From an uncultured cyanobacterium (GTDB lineage Bacteria; Cyanobacteriota; Cyanobacteriia; Cyanobacteriales; Nostocaceae), in contig OY970166.1 of NCBI GenBank assembly GCA_963706595.1, forward strand, positions 3,264,001-3,328,000: 64,000 nt of DNA, read 5' to 3'. The notes beneath the pieces are model-generated. The model was not told where the DNA came from. It was given only the letters and a program-made list of their open reading frames with translations, and searched no databases. Positions 10,653 through 21,838 of the stretch are shown piece after piece; the stretch's first letter is position 1; each line of letters opens with the position of its first letter. The translations under genes and the position numbers were made by a program.

Positions 10653-11606
10653 TTATCTTTCATAACGTTCGTAAGCGGCGACAATACGCTGAACTAGGGG
10701 ATGGCGCACAACATCTCGTTGGGTGAATTCGCAAAAACCAATGCCTTCAACGTTGTTGAGAACTTGTAAGGCTACCGCTAGTCCTGATTTTTGGCTGAGG
10801 GGTAAGTCAGTTTGTGTGGTGTCTCCTGTAATTACCATCCGAGAACGGAAACCCAAACGAGTCAACACCATTTTCATCTGGGCGGGTGTAGTATTTTGGG
10901 CTTCATCGACAATCACAAAAGCATGATTGAGGGTGCGTCCTCGCATATAGGCTAGTGGGGCTACTTCAATTACACCACGTTCCATTAAACTGGGGACTTT
11001 TTCTGGGTCAATAAATTCATAGATAGCATCGTAAAGTGGGCGGAGATAGGGATTAATTTTCTGCTGTAAATCTCCGGGAAGAAAGCCCAGTTTTTCCCCA
11101 GCTTCTACGGCTGGACGGGTTAAAATCAGCTTTTCTACTTGGTTATTGAGAAGTGCTTGCACAGCAACGACAACGGCGAGGTATGTTTTACCTGTTCCCG
11201 CCGGACCAATGCAGAATGTCAGGTCACGCCTACGGATATCATTAATATATTCTTTCTGGCGAAAAGTTTTGGCACGGATTTCTTCACCGCGACGAGTTTT
11301 AGCTAGGACATCGCGCTGTAATTGCTGAAGTTCGTCTTGGCGATCGCTATCCAGGGCTTGGCGGGCTGTTAAAATGTCGGCACTGGAGAGAGTGTTACCT
11401 TTGGTCCAGATGGCTTCGAGCGATCGCACTAATTGAGCCGCCAAGTCAATTTGCGCTTCTGTACCACTAATGTGTAATTCTTGTCCGCGCAGGACTAAAG
11501 TGGCTCCTGTTTGTCGGGATAAGAGTTTAAGATTTTCTTCTCTATCACCGGCGAGAGCGATCGCACTGGGAATATTAGGCAGCTGAATGATCAAGGCATC
11601 TGCCAT
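10653..11606 (-). CDS. phoH: PhoH family ATPase
   Basis: GPAGTGKT, RPAVEAGEKLGFLPG, AYMRGRT, DEAQN. Confidence 0.95.
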   Translation of the reverse strand: MADALIIQLPNIPSAIALAGDREENLKLLSRQTGATLVLRGQELHISGTEAQIDLAAQLVRSLEAIWTKGNTLSSADILTARQALDSDRQDELQQLQRDVLAKTRRGEEIRAKTFRQKEYINDIRRRDLTFCIGPAGTGKTYLAVVVAVQALLNNQVEKLILTRPAVEAGEKLGFLPGDLQQKINPYLRPLYDAIYEFIDPEKVPSLMERGVIEVAPLAYMRGRTLNHAFVIVDEAQNTTPAQMKMVLTRLGFRSRMVITGDTTQTDLPLSQKSGLAVALQVLNNVEGIGFCEFTQRDVVRHPLVQRIVAAYERYER

Positions 11607-11820
11607 AAGTATTTATTGTTTAATTTTTCAAGTGCAGTTTTTGACAACAAAATTTATCCGATGTTTAAGTTTTCACAACTGACCGATACTTCCTTAATGG
11701 TACAGTCCCCCAAATTTATCTTTGGAGTCAATCCAAAATCTAAAATCTAAAATCTAAAATTGTTTGACTGAAATATCTGAGCGGCGGTGGTTACTTCCGC
11801 CCAGAATTTTTCTTGCTTAA

Positions 11821-12279
11821 CTAACGAGTTCGGGGTTTGACAACAGGTCTGGGTATATTTACAGTTGTGTCTCGCGGTTTAATTTCTGGCGATGGCGCTT
11901 TGCTCATTGCTGAAGGCGATCGCTCTTGCTGATCGTCGTCAGAAGACATTCCCTCTCGTCCCAAACCATTACTGCCGTACATATCCAGGTATACTGATTC
12001 TCCGGCAAATTCTGCTGCGGCTGCAATTACCGTTCTAATCGCCTGAATATTGCGACCCCCTCGACCAAACACTTTCCCCTTATCTTGGCTTTCAAAGGCG
12101 ATGCGAATCCAAACCCGTTTGAGAGTCTGAGAAATTTCACAATCAATACTTAAAGTCTCTGGAGATTCTAAAAATGGCTGCATCAAAAACTTAACTAGCC
12201 CAACATAGTCGGGACTAGCTTGTGAGGATATTATTCCGGCGTTAGGATGCGGTTGTGGCACTGACCTGTTCAAAAACAT
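11821..12279 (-). CDS. khpA: KH-domain RNA-binding protein (KhpA-like)
   Basis: [17 protein letters not shown]xxG motif; directly downstream of rpsP. Confidence 0.85.
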   Translation of the reverse strand: MFLNRSVPQPHPNAGIISSQASPDYVGLVKFLMQPFLESPETLSIDCEISQTLKRVWIRIAFESQDKGKVFGRGGRNIQAIRTVIAAAAEFAGESVYLDMYGSNGLGREGMSSDDDQQERSPSAMSKAPSPEIKPRDTTVNIPRPVVKPRTR

Positions 12280-12502
12280 TGGCTTTTACTAAAATGCTAC
12301 GGACGGTCTCGGTGGGTTGAGCGCCTTGTTGTAGTCGCTTGACGATACCGGGAACATCTAGTCGCACTTCATCAGTTCTGGGGTTATAGAATCCCAGTTC
12401 TTCTAGGGGACGGCCATCGCGGCGAGCAAGGCTATTAATGGCGATAATGCGGTAACTTGGTTCCCGTTTTTTGCCGAATCGCTTCAAGCGCAATTTAATC
12501 AT
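12242..12502 (-). CDS. rpsP: 30S ribosomal protein S16
   Basis: [16 protein letters not shown]...[15 protein letters not shown]. Confidence 0.98.
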   Translation of the reverse strand: MIKLRLKRFGKKREPSYRIIAINSLARRDGRPLEELGFYNPRTDEVRLDVPGIVKRLQQGAQPTETVRSILVKANVFEQVSATTAS

Positions 12503-12607
12503 GGTTGAGGACTGATTCTCCTACTTGTTTGTACCGAAATGACAATTTTAGCACTTGCCTAGCCTTGGCTGCTATGAAATCAGTTAACAGTTAACAGTTA
12601 ACAAATT

Positions 12608-14077
12608 CTACAGAGTGCCGAAGCCCTTTTTCTTTTTATCTTTGTTCTTTTTCTTTTTCGTGGTGCGATCGCCCGTATTATAACCCCGCCAGCCAGGGGC
12701 TGAGGGACGATTATCACCACCGCCAAAAGGATTACCCATGCCGCCGCCGCCAAACATTCCAGGCATTCCCGCCGGCATTTGACCTTGACCCATTTGCTGC
12801 ATGAGAGTTCGCATTTTTTGGAAATCCCCCACTAGCTTACTCACATCCGGCTCTCTGTAACCAGAACCTTTAGCAATGCGCCGCCGCCGACTGGGAGAAC
12901 TTGCTAATAAATCAGGGTCTTGGCGTTCTTGGCGAGTCATAGAGTTAATCATGGACTCGCAGCGCTTAAGCTGAGTTTCTCCCTGCTTCAATTGCTCATC
13001 TGAAATCTTGTTCATTCCGGGAATCAACTTCATGATGCCTCCCAGTGAACCCATATTTTTCAGCATCCGCAACTGTTTGACAAAATCATTAAAGTCAAAC
13101 TTGGCTGACAGGATTTTATCCTGCATTTTCTCAGCATCTGCCAGATCAAATTCTTCCTGGGCTTTTTCCACCAGGGAAAGCACATCACCCATGCCCAGAA
13201 TCCGCGATGCCATGCGCTCAGGATAAAAAGGTTGCAGTGCTTCGACTTTCTCACCTACACCGACAAATTTAATCGGCGCTCCCGAAATCTGTCTGACTGA
13301 TAGCGCTGCACCACCACGGCTATCGCCATCTAATTTGGTCAGAATCGCCCCGGTAATGCCGATTTTTTCATGAAAGGTGCGAGTCAGATTTGCTGCCTCT
13401 TGCCCAGTCATAGAGTCTACGACTAGTAAGGTTTCATGAGGTTGGACAGTAGCTTTAATCCGGGCTAATTCCCCCATCATGTCTTCGTCAATTTGCAGAC
13501 GACCAGCCGTATCAATAATTACTGTATTAAAACCTTCGGCTTTGGCACGTTCCACACCTTGACGGGCAATTTCTACCGGGTCGGCATCGCTGCCCAAATC
13601 AAATACTGGCACGTTAATTTGCTTACCTAACGTTACCAGCTGATCAATAGCGGCTGGGCGATATACGTCTGTGGCGACTAACAAACAGCTACGATCTAAT
13701 TTTCTTAAATGTAAGGCTAATTTAGCGGTAGCTGTGGTTTTACCAGTACCTTGTAACCCAGCCATTAAAACGATTGTGGGCTTTTCCTCGGTTTCCGCCA
13801 GGGGAACATTTTCCGCCCCCATCACCCGCACCAATTCATCGTGAACAATTTTGATGAACTGTTGGTCAGGTCGCACACCAGCCACGACATCAGCACCTTG
13901 GGCTTTGGTTTCGACTTCGCTAATAAAATCTTTAACTACCTGGAGATTGACATCTGCTTCCAATAAGGCGCGGCGCACTTCCCGCAAAGCATCTTGAATA
14001 TTGGATTGAGATATTTTGTCCTGTCCCCGTAGTTTCTTCCAGGCACTTTCTAAACGGTCAGATAAAGCATCAAACAT
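12608..14077 (-). CDS. ffh: Signal recognition particle protein Ffh
   Basis: GLQGTGKTT, DTAGR, TKLDGD and Met-rich M domain. Confidence 0.98.
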   Translation of the reverse strand: MFDALSDRLESAWKKLRGQDKISQSNIQDALREVRRALLEADVNLQVVKDFISEVETKAQGADVVAGVRPDQQFIKIVHDELVRVMGAENVPLAETEEKPTIVLMAGLQGTGKTTATAKLALHLRKLDRSCLLVATDVYRPAAIDQLVTLGKQINVPVFDLGSDADPVEIARQGVERAKAEGFNTVIIDTAGRLQIDEDMMGELARIKATVQPHETLLVVDSMTGQEAANLTRTFHEKIGITGAILTKLDGDSRGGAALSVRQISGAPIKFVGVGEKVEALQPFYPERMASRILGMGDVLSLVEKAQEEFDLADAEKMQDKILSAKFDFNDFVKQLRMLKNMGSLGGIMKLIPGMNKISDEQLKQGETQLKRCESMINSMTRQERQDPDLLASSPSRRRRIAKGSGYREPDVSKLVGDFQKMRTLMQQMGQGQMPAGMPGMFGGGGMGNPFGGGDNRPSAPGWRGYNTGDRTTKKKKNKDKKKKGFGTL

Positions 14078-14430
14078 AATGTAATTACAGGTAGTTCGCC
14101 AATGAGTCAGCCTGAACCGCTCAGTTTAAAAGTTTTTGAGGCGATTCAGAATTTTCGGTAAAATTTTAACGTGCTATTTACAGCTTAATAGTTTTCATGC
14201 CGAGTTGAGCAACCAGATACCGACGATAACTCAATTTATGGTGAGGTTAATTGCTAGAGGTTTCACTTTTAGCGATCGCGTTGCCCGTGATCAAATAGGT
14301 TATGTATCAATTATAACTCATGAACAAGTGTTAAAAGAACTTAGCCATAGTTGCACATAGCAACTTACCACAAGCATCTCCCTCATTGATCAATTACAGT
14401 GAGGGTAAAAAGAGATAATCAAATATCGCT

Positions 14431-15063
14431 ATGATTAGTAACACTCTGATTCAACCAACAGAAATTGTTCATTTATCAGGTATCAGTTGGCAAACTTATG
14501 AAAATTTACTCACTGAACTTAGTAATAGTCGCCGCCTACGACTTACATATAATCGTGGGAATTTAGAAATTATGGTTCCCTCCCCTGAACACGAAAGTTA
14601 CAAAAAAGTCTTGGGTCGATTTGTGGAGACTCTTGCTGAAGAATTAGACGTGAGGATTGAACCCCTTGGTTCTACTACTTTCAAACATCCAGAATTAAGT
14701 GGTGCTGAACCAGATGAATGTTTTTATCTGAAAAATGTTAACCTTATTAAAGGTAAAAAAAGAATTGATTTACAGCAAGATCCGCCACCAGATTTAGTAG
14801 TAGAGATTGATATTACCAGCAGTTATAAAAATCGCTTAGAAGTTTACGCTGATATGGGTGTGCCGGAAATATGGCGATATGATGGTAATGATTTTATTAT
14901 CAATGTTTTGCAAGATAAACAATACATAAATATTGAGCAAAGTTTAGCATTTCCTAATCTGCCACTAACGGAAATTTCTGATTTTCTACAACAGGTTGGC
15001 GAAAAAGATTATTTGGAATTAGTTAAAGAGTTTCGTAACTGGGTTAAAAGCCATCTTCAATGA
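14431..15063 (+). CDS. Uma2 family endonuclease-like protein
   Basis: ISWQTY, EPDECFY, PPPDLVVEIDITS, GVPEIWRY. Confidence 0.92.
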   Translation: MISNTLIQPTEIVHLSGISWQTYENLLTELSNSRRLRLTYNRGNLEIMVPSPEHESYKKVLGRFVETLAEELDVRIEPLGSTTFKHPELSGAEPDECFYLKNVNLIKGKKRIDLQQDPPPDLVVEIDITSSYKNRLEVYADMGVPEIWRYDGNDFIINVLQDKQYINIEQSLAFPNLPLTEISDFLQQVGEKDYLELVKEFRNWVKSHLQ

Positions 15064-15129
15064 AATAGATGAGGGACATCAATCTTATGACTTGGGTTTA
15101 AAAGAGTTTTTGCGTAAGTCCTGAATCTA

Positions 15130-15621
15130 TTAAATTTCCATAAGCATTTCCATAGTGGTTAAGCGAAAACCACAGGATTTAAATAGCTGTCGGGCGCTTT
15201 CATTAGCTGCTACTGTATCTAATCGAATTTGCTTAATTCCCATTTCTTGGAAGCGTTCAATACTCAGCTTGATTATCTGTGGTGCAATCCCTTTTCTGCG
15301 ATATTCAGGTTCCACCCAGATATCATGAATAAAGGCAAATTCCTGTAAGCTGTAAATTGATATTTCTGGCTCTACTGTTGCGGCTAAAAATGCTACAAGT
15401 TTTCCTTGGTCTTCCGCTACTAAAAATACGCTGCGCTCTTTATGCAGTAGACGGGTTAACCATTTTTCATAATACTGTTCTGGATGCGATGGGCTACGCC
15501 CAGCAGTAGGCGATCGCAAACCATATTTAGCAGCATCCCAAGACTCATGTAAAGCACAAGTTTTTGCTAACATTGGTAAAATTGCGGGTATATCATTTAT
15601 TGTGGCAGAGCGGATTAGCAT
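15130..15621 (-). CDS. GNAT family N-acetyltransferase (carries an in-frame 24-nt repeat insertion)
   Basis: IWVEPEYRRKGIA acetyl-CoA motif; N..ARQLFKSCGF. Confidence 0.9.
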   Translation of the reverse strand: MLIRSATINDIPAILPMLAKTCALHESWDAAKYGLRSPTAGRSPSHPEQYYEKWLTRLLHKERSVFLVAEDQGKLVAFLAATVEPEISIYSLQEFAFIHDIWVEPEYRRKGIAPQIIKLSIERFQEMGIKQIRLDTVAANESARQLFKSCGFRLTTMEMLMEI

Positions 15622-15696
15622 CGGCTTTCTTTTCCATGCTTGAAAATTGAATTTTTGCGAATTGATGCCAGAGTTGCATCTTCCTAAAGAAGTTTC

Positions 15697-17055
15697 CTAA
15701 TTACAAGATAAATCTTCTACAGCACTGGCTGAATTTGGTAAAGCATCTGTCAAAACTTCCCTGCCTGATTCTGTAACTAAAACATCATCTTCTATCCGTA
15801 GTCCCCGCACATCTGCAAATTCAGCTAAACGCTGCCAATTCACAATATTTTCATATTTTGAGCGCAAGTTAACATCATTTAAAATTGCTGGGACTTGATA
15901 AAATCCCGGTTCAATTGTGACTAACATTCCTGGGCGTAAGGGACGATTTAAACGCAGATAACCTAAACCAAAGCGCGAACTTCTATTTCTTCCTTCTTCA
16001 TACCCCGCTAAATCGCCCAAATCTTCCATATCATGCACATCTAAACCCAATAAATGACCAATTCCATGAGGGAAAAACAGCGCATGGGCATCCATATCAA
16101 CTAAATCTGCGGGATTTCCTTGTAAAATGCCTAAATCTACCAAACCTTCAGCGATGACTGTAGCTGCTAATAAATGAATATCCCCATACTCTACACCAGG
16201 GCTGATTTTGGCAATGCAAGCATCATGAGCCGCCAGGACTACATCATAAATATCTCTTTGGGTAGATGAAAACTTACCAGATACAGGCCAAGTCCGGGTG
16301 ACATCAGCAGCCCAACCCATTGCGGTTTCTGCACCGACATCAGCCAGAATTAAATCACCTGGTTGTAGTGGATGGTGATAATGTTCATTATGCAAAACTT
16401 CGCCGTGGACGGTGACAATACTGTTGTAGGAAGTGGTCATATTTTCACCAATAATCACCGCTTCCATCGCCGCCCGGACTTCTGCTTCTCGTTTGGCTTT
16501 TGATGTCGCTACTATCCCGGCTTTGTGTGCTGCAACAGTTACAGCCGCAGCTTTTCGCAATTCAATTAATGCGCCTGCGTCATGGGTGAGACGGAGGGAA
16601 ATTATGGCTTTGGCTAATTCTAAATCATTTTCTTGGGGCGGTTGTTGTGGTAAAACCCATCTATTTAATAACTGGGTTTGCTGTGTCCAAGTAGCTGCAT
16701 TCTGGACGGGAATTGTGGCTACACCTTCTAGATATGATTCTAATTCTGCCATTGGTCGGGCTGTATCTGCGCCTATTTTCTCGGCTATTTCTTCACGGGT
16801 GGGCATTTCTCCATGCCAAAGGGCGCTGCTGGGTGTGGGATTATCTATGAATAGTTCTAGTTTGCCTGCTTCTAGGCGAATGGCGGCGTTTGGTAATGGT
16901 AAGCCGGCGAAGTAGAGGAAATGGCTACTGGCGCGAAATGGGTAGATGTTGGCGGGGAAGTTGCGGGGGTTGGTGTTTCCTGACCACAGGATTGCGGGAA
17001 AGTTGATCAGGTTGGCTAGTTGTTGTCGGCGTTGGTGTAAGGTTTGTTTGAGCAT
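15697..17055 (-). CDS. pepP: Xaa-Pro aminopeptidase (M24B)
   Basis: ADVTRTWP, HGIGHLLGLDVHD, TIEPGFY, RIEDDVLVT. Confidence 0.92.
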   Translation of the reverse strand: MLKQTLHQRRQQLANLINFPAILWSGNTNPRNFPANIYPFRASSHFLYFAGLPLPNAAIRLEAGKLELFIDNPTPSSALWHGEMPTREEIAEKIGADTARPMAELESYLEGVATIPVQNAATWTQQTQLLNRWVLPQQPPQENDLELAKAIISLRLTHDAGALIELRKAAAVTVAAHKAGIVATSKAKREAEVRAAMEAVIIGENMTTSYNSIVTVHGEVLHNEHYHHPLQPGDLILADVGAETAMGWAADVTRTWPVSGKFSSTQRDIYDVVLAAHDACIAKISPGVEYGDIHLLAATVIAEGLVDLGILQGNPADLVDMDAHALFFPHGIGHLLGLDVHDMEDLGDLAGYEEGRNRSSRFGLGYLRLNRPLRPGMLVTIEPGFYQVPAILNDVNLRSKYENIVNWQRLAEFADVRGLRIEDDVLVTESGREVLTDALPNSASAVEDLSCN

Positions 17056-17125
17056 GATTAAACGCAGAGGGGCGCAGAGGTAAGCGCAAAGGTTCGCGGA
17101 GTGGTTGTTTTATTTTAGGTGAGTT

Positions 17126-17923
17126 ATGGGATTGGTGATTTTTCAGGTTGATGCTTTTACGAATAGCTGTTTTGCGGGGAATCCGGCGGCTGTTTGTGTT
17201 TTGTCTGAGTGTCGGGATGATGGCTGGATGCAAAATGTGGCGCAGGAGATGAATTTGTCGGAGACGGCTTTTTTGCTGCGACAAGATGATGGTTTTAGTC
17301 TGCGTTGGTTTACTCCGACTGTGGAAGTTCCTCTGTGTGGTCACGCAACTTTGGCTAGCGCTCATGTACTTTGGTCTGAGGGGTATTTGTTACCGGATGA
17401 GGTGGCGCGTTTTTTTACTAAAAGTGGTGTTTTGATTGCTGAATGTTTGGGTGAGTGGATTTCTTTAGATTTTCCGGTGAATTTATCTCAGGAAATGGTT
17501 GTACCTGCGGAATTAGGCGAGGCTTTGGGTGTACCTTGTAAGTCTGTGCTGCAAAATTCTCTGGGGTATTTGGTGGAGGTGGAGTCTGAGGATTTGGTAC
17601 GACAAATGCAGCCGAATTTTCAGCTATTGAAAAAATTACCTGTGGCTGATGTGATTGTGACTAGCCAAACTCACGCAGATTCAGAATATGATTTTGTTTC
17701 TCGCTTTTTTGCACCAGGATTAGGTATAGATGAAGACCCTGTGACTGGGGCGGCTCATTGTTGTCTGGCGGCTTTCTGGCGCGATCGCCTGCATAAAGAT
17801 GAGTTTTTGGCATTTCAAGCCTCTCAGCGCGGTGGAGTGGTGAAGGTGCGCTATTCAGGAGGCGATCGCGTGTTACTCTCTGGACAAGCAGTAACTGTAA
17901 TGCGGGGTGAATTAATGAGTTAA
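17126..17923 (+). CDS. PhzF family isomerase
   Basis: QVDAF..GNPAAV, NLSETAF, EVPLCGHATLA, EDPVTGAAH. Confidence 0.93.
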   Translation: MGLVIFQVDAFTNSCFAGNPAAVCVLSECRDDGWMQNVAQEMNLSETAFLLRQDDGFSLRWFTPTVEVPLCGHATLASAHVLWSEGYLLPDEVARFFTKSGVLIAECLGEWISLDFPVNLSQEMVVPAELGEALGVPCKSVLQNSLGYLVEVESEDLVRQMQPNFQLLKKLPVADVIVTSQTHADSEYDFVSRFFAPGLGIDEDPVTGAAHCCLAAFWRDRLHKDEFLAFQASQRGGVVKVRYSGGDRVLLSGQAVTVMRGELMS

Positions 17924-17938
17924 CCCACATTCTGCACT

Positions 17939-19172
17939 TCAATATGCACTATTAGTTATGTATCTGCTTACCAAGCGTATAGGTCGGATTAAGTAGTATA
18001 GGAAAGAAAGACTAGATGGCAATGGAAAAGATTCTCGGTCTGCTTGATTAGTACCAGTGATTAACAGGCTGATTGTAAAACTCAAAAATTGCCACACCAG
18101 ATAAACACGATCTGGCATTCTGCTGAGTGGCCCTCTGACCATCAATTGCTGAAAAAAAAGTTTAATCAACCGTGGAGTTTTAACTTCTGTGAACAGTCTG
18201 TTTCTGCATCCGCACAGTATAAATTAAAGTTGTTGGATCGATTTGAATCTGTTTTTGAATAGCTTGCTTGACTTGATCTGGTAATGGGACATTCAGGATA
18301 GTGTTAACTATCAACAGACTAATAAAAAAGGGTCTTTCGAGTTCCAGACTGTTTACTTTCTGCAATAATTTTTCCCAATCAAATCTCTGTTGAATACGCA
18401 ATAATTCAGCTAAATCGCAAATCTGAGCCAAAGACGCTTTACTTTCATTAATTCCTCTGGCAATTTGTACAGCGAGGATTATTAACAAATCATCACAAGA
18501 GAATTCGATGATAGATTCACCTTTGAGTGTTAAAGACCTGCTTCGTTGCCACAAAGTTTCAAAATCAGGAAGTTTAAAAGGGAAGTAAGATAAGGGAGTC
18601 AATTCATAGTGAATATCCACCACTATTTCTGGTTTCTGGCTATGGACAAAAGTTTGTTGCCAACCATAGTGGTCAACTTCTAGTTTATATTTCTGAGCAA
18701 TCAATAATTCTTGAGCTTTGACTACATCCTCTTGTTTTACCAGAATATCTAGGTCGCTAAATTGTCTCATGGCTAAATTGCCATAAATAGAAATAGCTAA
18801 AACAAGACCCTTAAAAGGAATTGCCCGAATTTTGTGAGCTTCAAAAAGCTTAAGGATGTTAAGCAATTCGTGGCTCAAAAATAAGTTGCGACTAGCATTA
18901 GTGTGATAATGATTCTGAAGCTGAGTTAAAACTTTTTTGGGAATAGCTTCTTTCCCAGTGGTCTTGAGACTCTGGTACAGGAGTGGTATCGTCCCATGAT
19001 GTGCTGCAACTTGCATGAGATATGTCCAGTCTATATTTTGCTGGAGTATGGTATTAATTCGCTCTGCGGTTTCGGGGTCTATATGAGTTCGGGTACAACA
19101 CAGAAGTAGCTCAATTTCCGGACGGCTAACCTTTTTTTGTAATTGAGTAAGAGGCTTGTTTAAGGTCATCAT
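17939..19172 (-). pseudogene. Lasso-cluster nucleotidyltransferase family protein, frameshifted near 18200
   Basis: PFKG..LA...YGNLAMRQFSDLDIL and VDIH motifs; the C-terminus (..LPSSLSFLYYLIRPIRL) continues in another frame, and removing 1 nt in CAGAAACAGACTG joins the two ORFs. Confidence 0.75.
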
Positions 19173-19179
19173 AAATTAC

Positions 19180-20996
19180 TTATTTATAGTGTTGAGCTTG
19201 AGTTTCAAACAATTGTGCATAGCAACCACCCAGATTTATTAGTTCTTCATGGGTGCCGCTTTCCATAATTGAACCGTTTGCCATCACGTAGATACAGTCA
19301 GCCATTCTGACGGTTGATAAGCGATGGCTAATCAGAATAGCAGCTTGATTTTTAATCAGTTGGCGGAAATTCTGAAACACCTCTTCTTCGGCTTTCGGGT
19401 CTAAAGCACTAGTTGGTTCATCCAACACAATTAACTGTGAATCTCGCAAAAATGCCCTGGCCAAAGCGATTTTTTGCCACTGACCGATGCTCAATTCTTC
19501 CCCTTGTTCAAACAATTTACCGAGTATGGTGTCGTAACCTTGAGGGAGCTTGCTGATGACATCATCAGCACCGGAACGACGAGCAGCAGCAATGATTTTG
19601 TCGTGAGTGAATGGCAGATTGATATTTGCCATCCTAATATTTTCTTTAGCAGTCAGATGATATTTTGTATAATCTTGAAAAATTACGCTAATTTGACTGC
19701 GGAGGGCAGCAATTTCAAATTGACGTAAATCTATGCCATCAATGGTAATACTACCAAGGGTAGGATCGTATAAACGACACAAAAGTTTAATTAAAGTAGT
19801 CTTACCAGAGCCGTTTTCTCCTACTAACGCGACAACTTCTCCTGGGCGAATAGTCAGATTAATATCCTCAAGTGCCTGACGCTTCGTATTTGCATATTGA
19901 AAGCTGACATGATTAAACAAAATACCATTTTGCATTGGCATGGGAAAAGGTTTTGGATTTAACGGTTCTGTAACCTTTGGTTTCAAGTTAGAAATTCATA
20001 TAAGTTGGTGAGAAATAGGTTGTCTTCATATAAACCAGACAAACCACCCAAGAGACTTTTCAGGTCATTTTGTCCCCGTTGCAATGCTTGGTAATAAAGG
20101 ACTAAATCACCGAAGCGGATAGTACCTTGCATAGTTTGATAAATAATAAAACCATAGGCAGCAAAAACTAAAGTTGTCGCCGTTGCTTGAGCGCCAAGAT
20201 TAGACACAGATTGTCTTTTGATCATAGCTATGTTTTCTTGGTATATTTGTCGGCGCAAACGCAAATACCACTGACTAAAGAAAGAACCCAAATCAAACAA
20301 GCGAATTTCTTTAGCGTGTTGCTCTGTAGTTAGTATCCGGCTCAAGTATCCTGCTTGCCTTTCCTGGGCTGTCTTTTGACGCTGCCAATGATACATAATA
20401 CCGGAGTATTTCACCCGCACCACCATCGCCGGAATCGCAGCAATAAATAAGATAACTCCTATTCCCCAATGCAATGACAGTAGTAACGCCAGCATCGCCA
20501 CCAAAGAGATACTACTCAAACCCAGCCATCCCAAACGATGTAGGATTTGCCCCGGTCGAGAAGGAGCTTCTTTTTGCGCTCGCTGCAAGGCATCATAATA
20601 GTCAGAGTTCTCGTAATACTCCAGGTCTACCTCAATTGATTTAGCATGGAGGATGTTTTGCATATAGTCGGTGAGTCGCTGAGATTGGGCAGCATACACC
20701 ACTTCAGTCAGGGAAGAACATACGGTAGTCACTAGGGTGATAGCAGCAAAGAAGCCAAGCAAAAGTAATACTCGACTAAAGGCTGCTTCTTTGTCGGCAA
20801 GATTCACACTGGCGGCTACTGTATCTACAATGAGTTTGGTGAGGTAGAGAGAAAGTAAAGGTAATAAACCTTGAATCAATAAAAGTGCCACGAAAGCAAT
20901 AGTCAAACGAGGACTACTGTTCCAAACTAAGCGCAAGGCAGGCAGAATACGTAAGCTTTGCTGGATTTTATATCTTAAGGTTTTACCTGCTTTCAT
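19180..20996 (-). pseudogene. ABC exporter (permease+ATPase) split by an apparent 1-nt deletion near 19988
   Basis: ORF1 ends NLYEFLT*, ORF2 continues (L)KPKVTEP; adding one A gives NLYEFLNLKPKV. Walker A GENGSGKTT, LSIGQWQK, LDEPT. Confidence 0.8.
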
Positions 20997-20999
20997 ATT

Positions 21000-21443
21000 T
21001 TAAATACACTCTTTTGTAAAAGATGCCATTTGGCTAAAATGAGAAAGGTCTGCAACCTTGCCAATTACAACCTGTCCCTGATTTTCTAACCACGCATGAG
21101 CCTTTAACTCTCCTTCTTGACCTTTGGCAACACCAATGCAGAGATTAGATGTATAACCGTGGCGACTCATGAAAAACTGGCAAGTTAAGGCACGCGCCAG
21201 ACACTTGACACCAGGCATATAATGACTGCTCACTTCAACAGCCCAGATGATTTTGTCAATAGAGATGTGGTATTTTTCTTGGCATTTAGGTTTGGTGTTA
21301 CTTAGCCTCAATAGAAGTTGATGCAAGGTTTTAAATGACAGCAACCACAAACCTAATCTAACTAATGTCAATATAATAAAAGTGCTAATTAAAAGCTGTT
21401 TTTTTTGATAATCTAATTGGAAAAACTTAGATAAATGCTTCAT
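21000..21443 (-). CDS. Lasso peptide biosynthesis B2 protein (leader peptidase)
   Basis: KCLARAL (Cys), IGV, AHAWLE (His) transglutaminase-like motifs; 147 aa. Confidence 0.9.
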   Translation of the reverse strand: MKHLSKFFQLDYQKKQLLISTFIILTLVRLGLWLLSFKTLHQLLLRLSNTKPKCQEKYHISIDKIIWAVEVSSHYMPGVKCLARALTCQFFMSRHGYTSNLCIGVAKGQEGELKAHAWLENQGQVVIGKVADLSHFSQMASFTKECI

Positions 21444-21834
21444 TCTTATTTAGATATTTGATGATTTTTTTATTGACAATGCAGTTTTGATTTTCTAAAT
21501 CTTCAGCAGATAGAGTCAACCGTGGTTTTGAATAATTATCATTGTTGTTCAAAGATGATGCAATAAAAAAATTAATAGCCGACTCTGCTGACCACTGAGG
21601 ATGAAAGTCTAAACATGAAGATATCTTGGAAATATCAGCTTGTGAATGTTGAATATCTCCTGCACGAGGAGAAACGAAATTAATTTCTGGTTGCCATTGC
21701 GGAAAATGATTTTTGAGAATATCAATCAACTGCACTAAAGAAGTAGATGTTCCAGTTCCTAGACCTTCTGATCACAATTTTTCTGTAAGATGAGAGCCAA
21801 TAAATCCGGCTCCGCCAGTGACAATAAAATGCAT
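21427..21834 (-). pseudogene. NAD-dependent epimerase/dehydratase remnant with in-frame stop and large internal deletion
   Basis: Reads MHFIVTGGAGFIGSHLTEKL*SEG then directly LGTGTSTSL...PRAGDIQHSQADISK (C-terminal epimerase motifs); the YxxxK core is missing. Confidence 0.85.
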
Positions 21835-21838
21835 GATC

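Noticed and set aside
16433..17365. Antisense ORFs 16433-16915 and 16925-17365, and similar short shadow ORFs across the window
   Set aside because: They overlap well-supported genes on the opposite strand or frame and show no motifs
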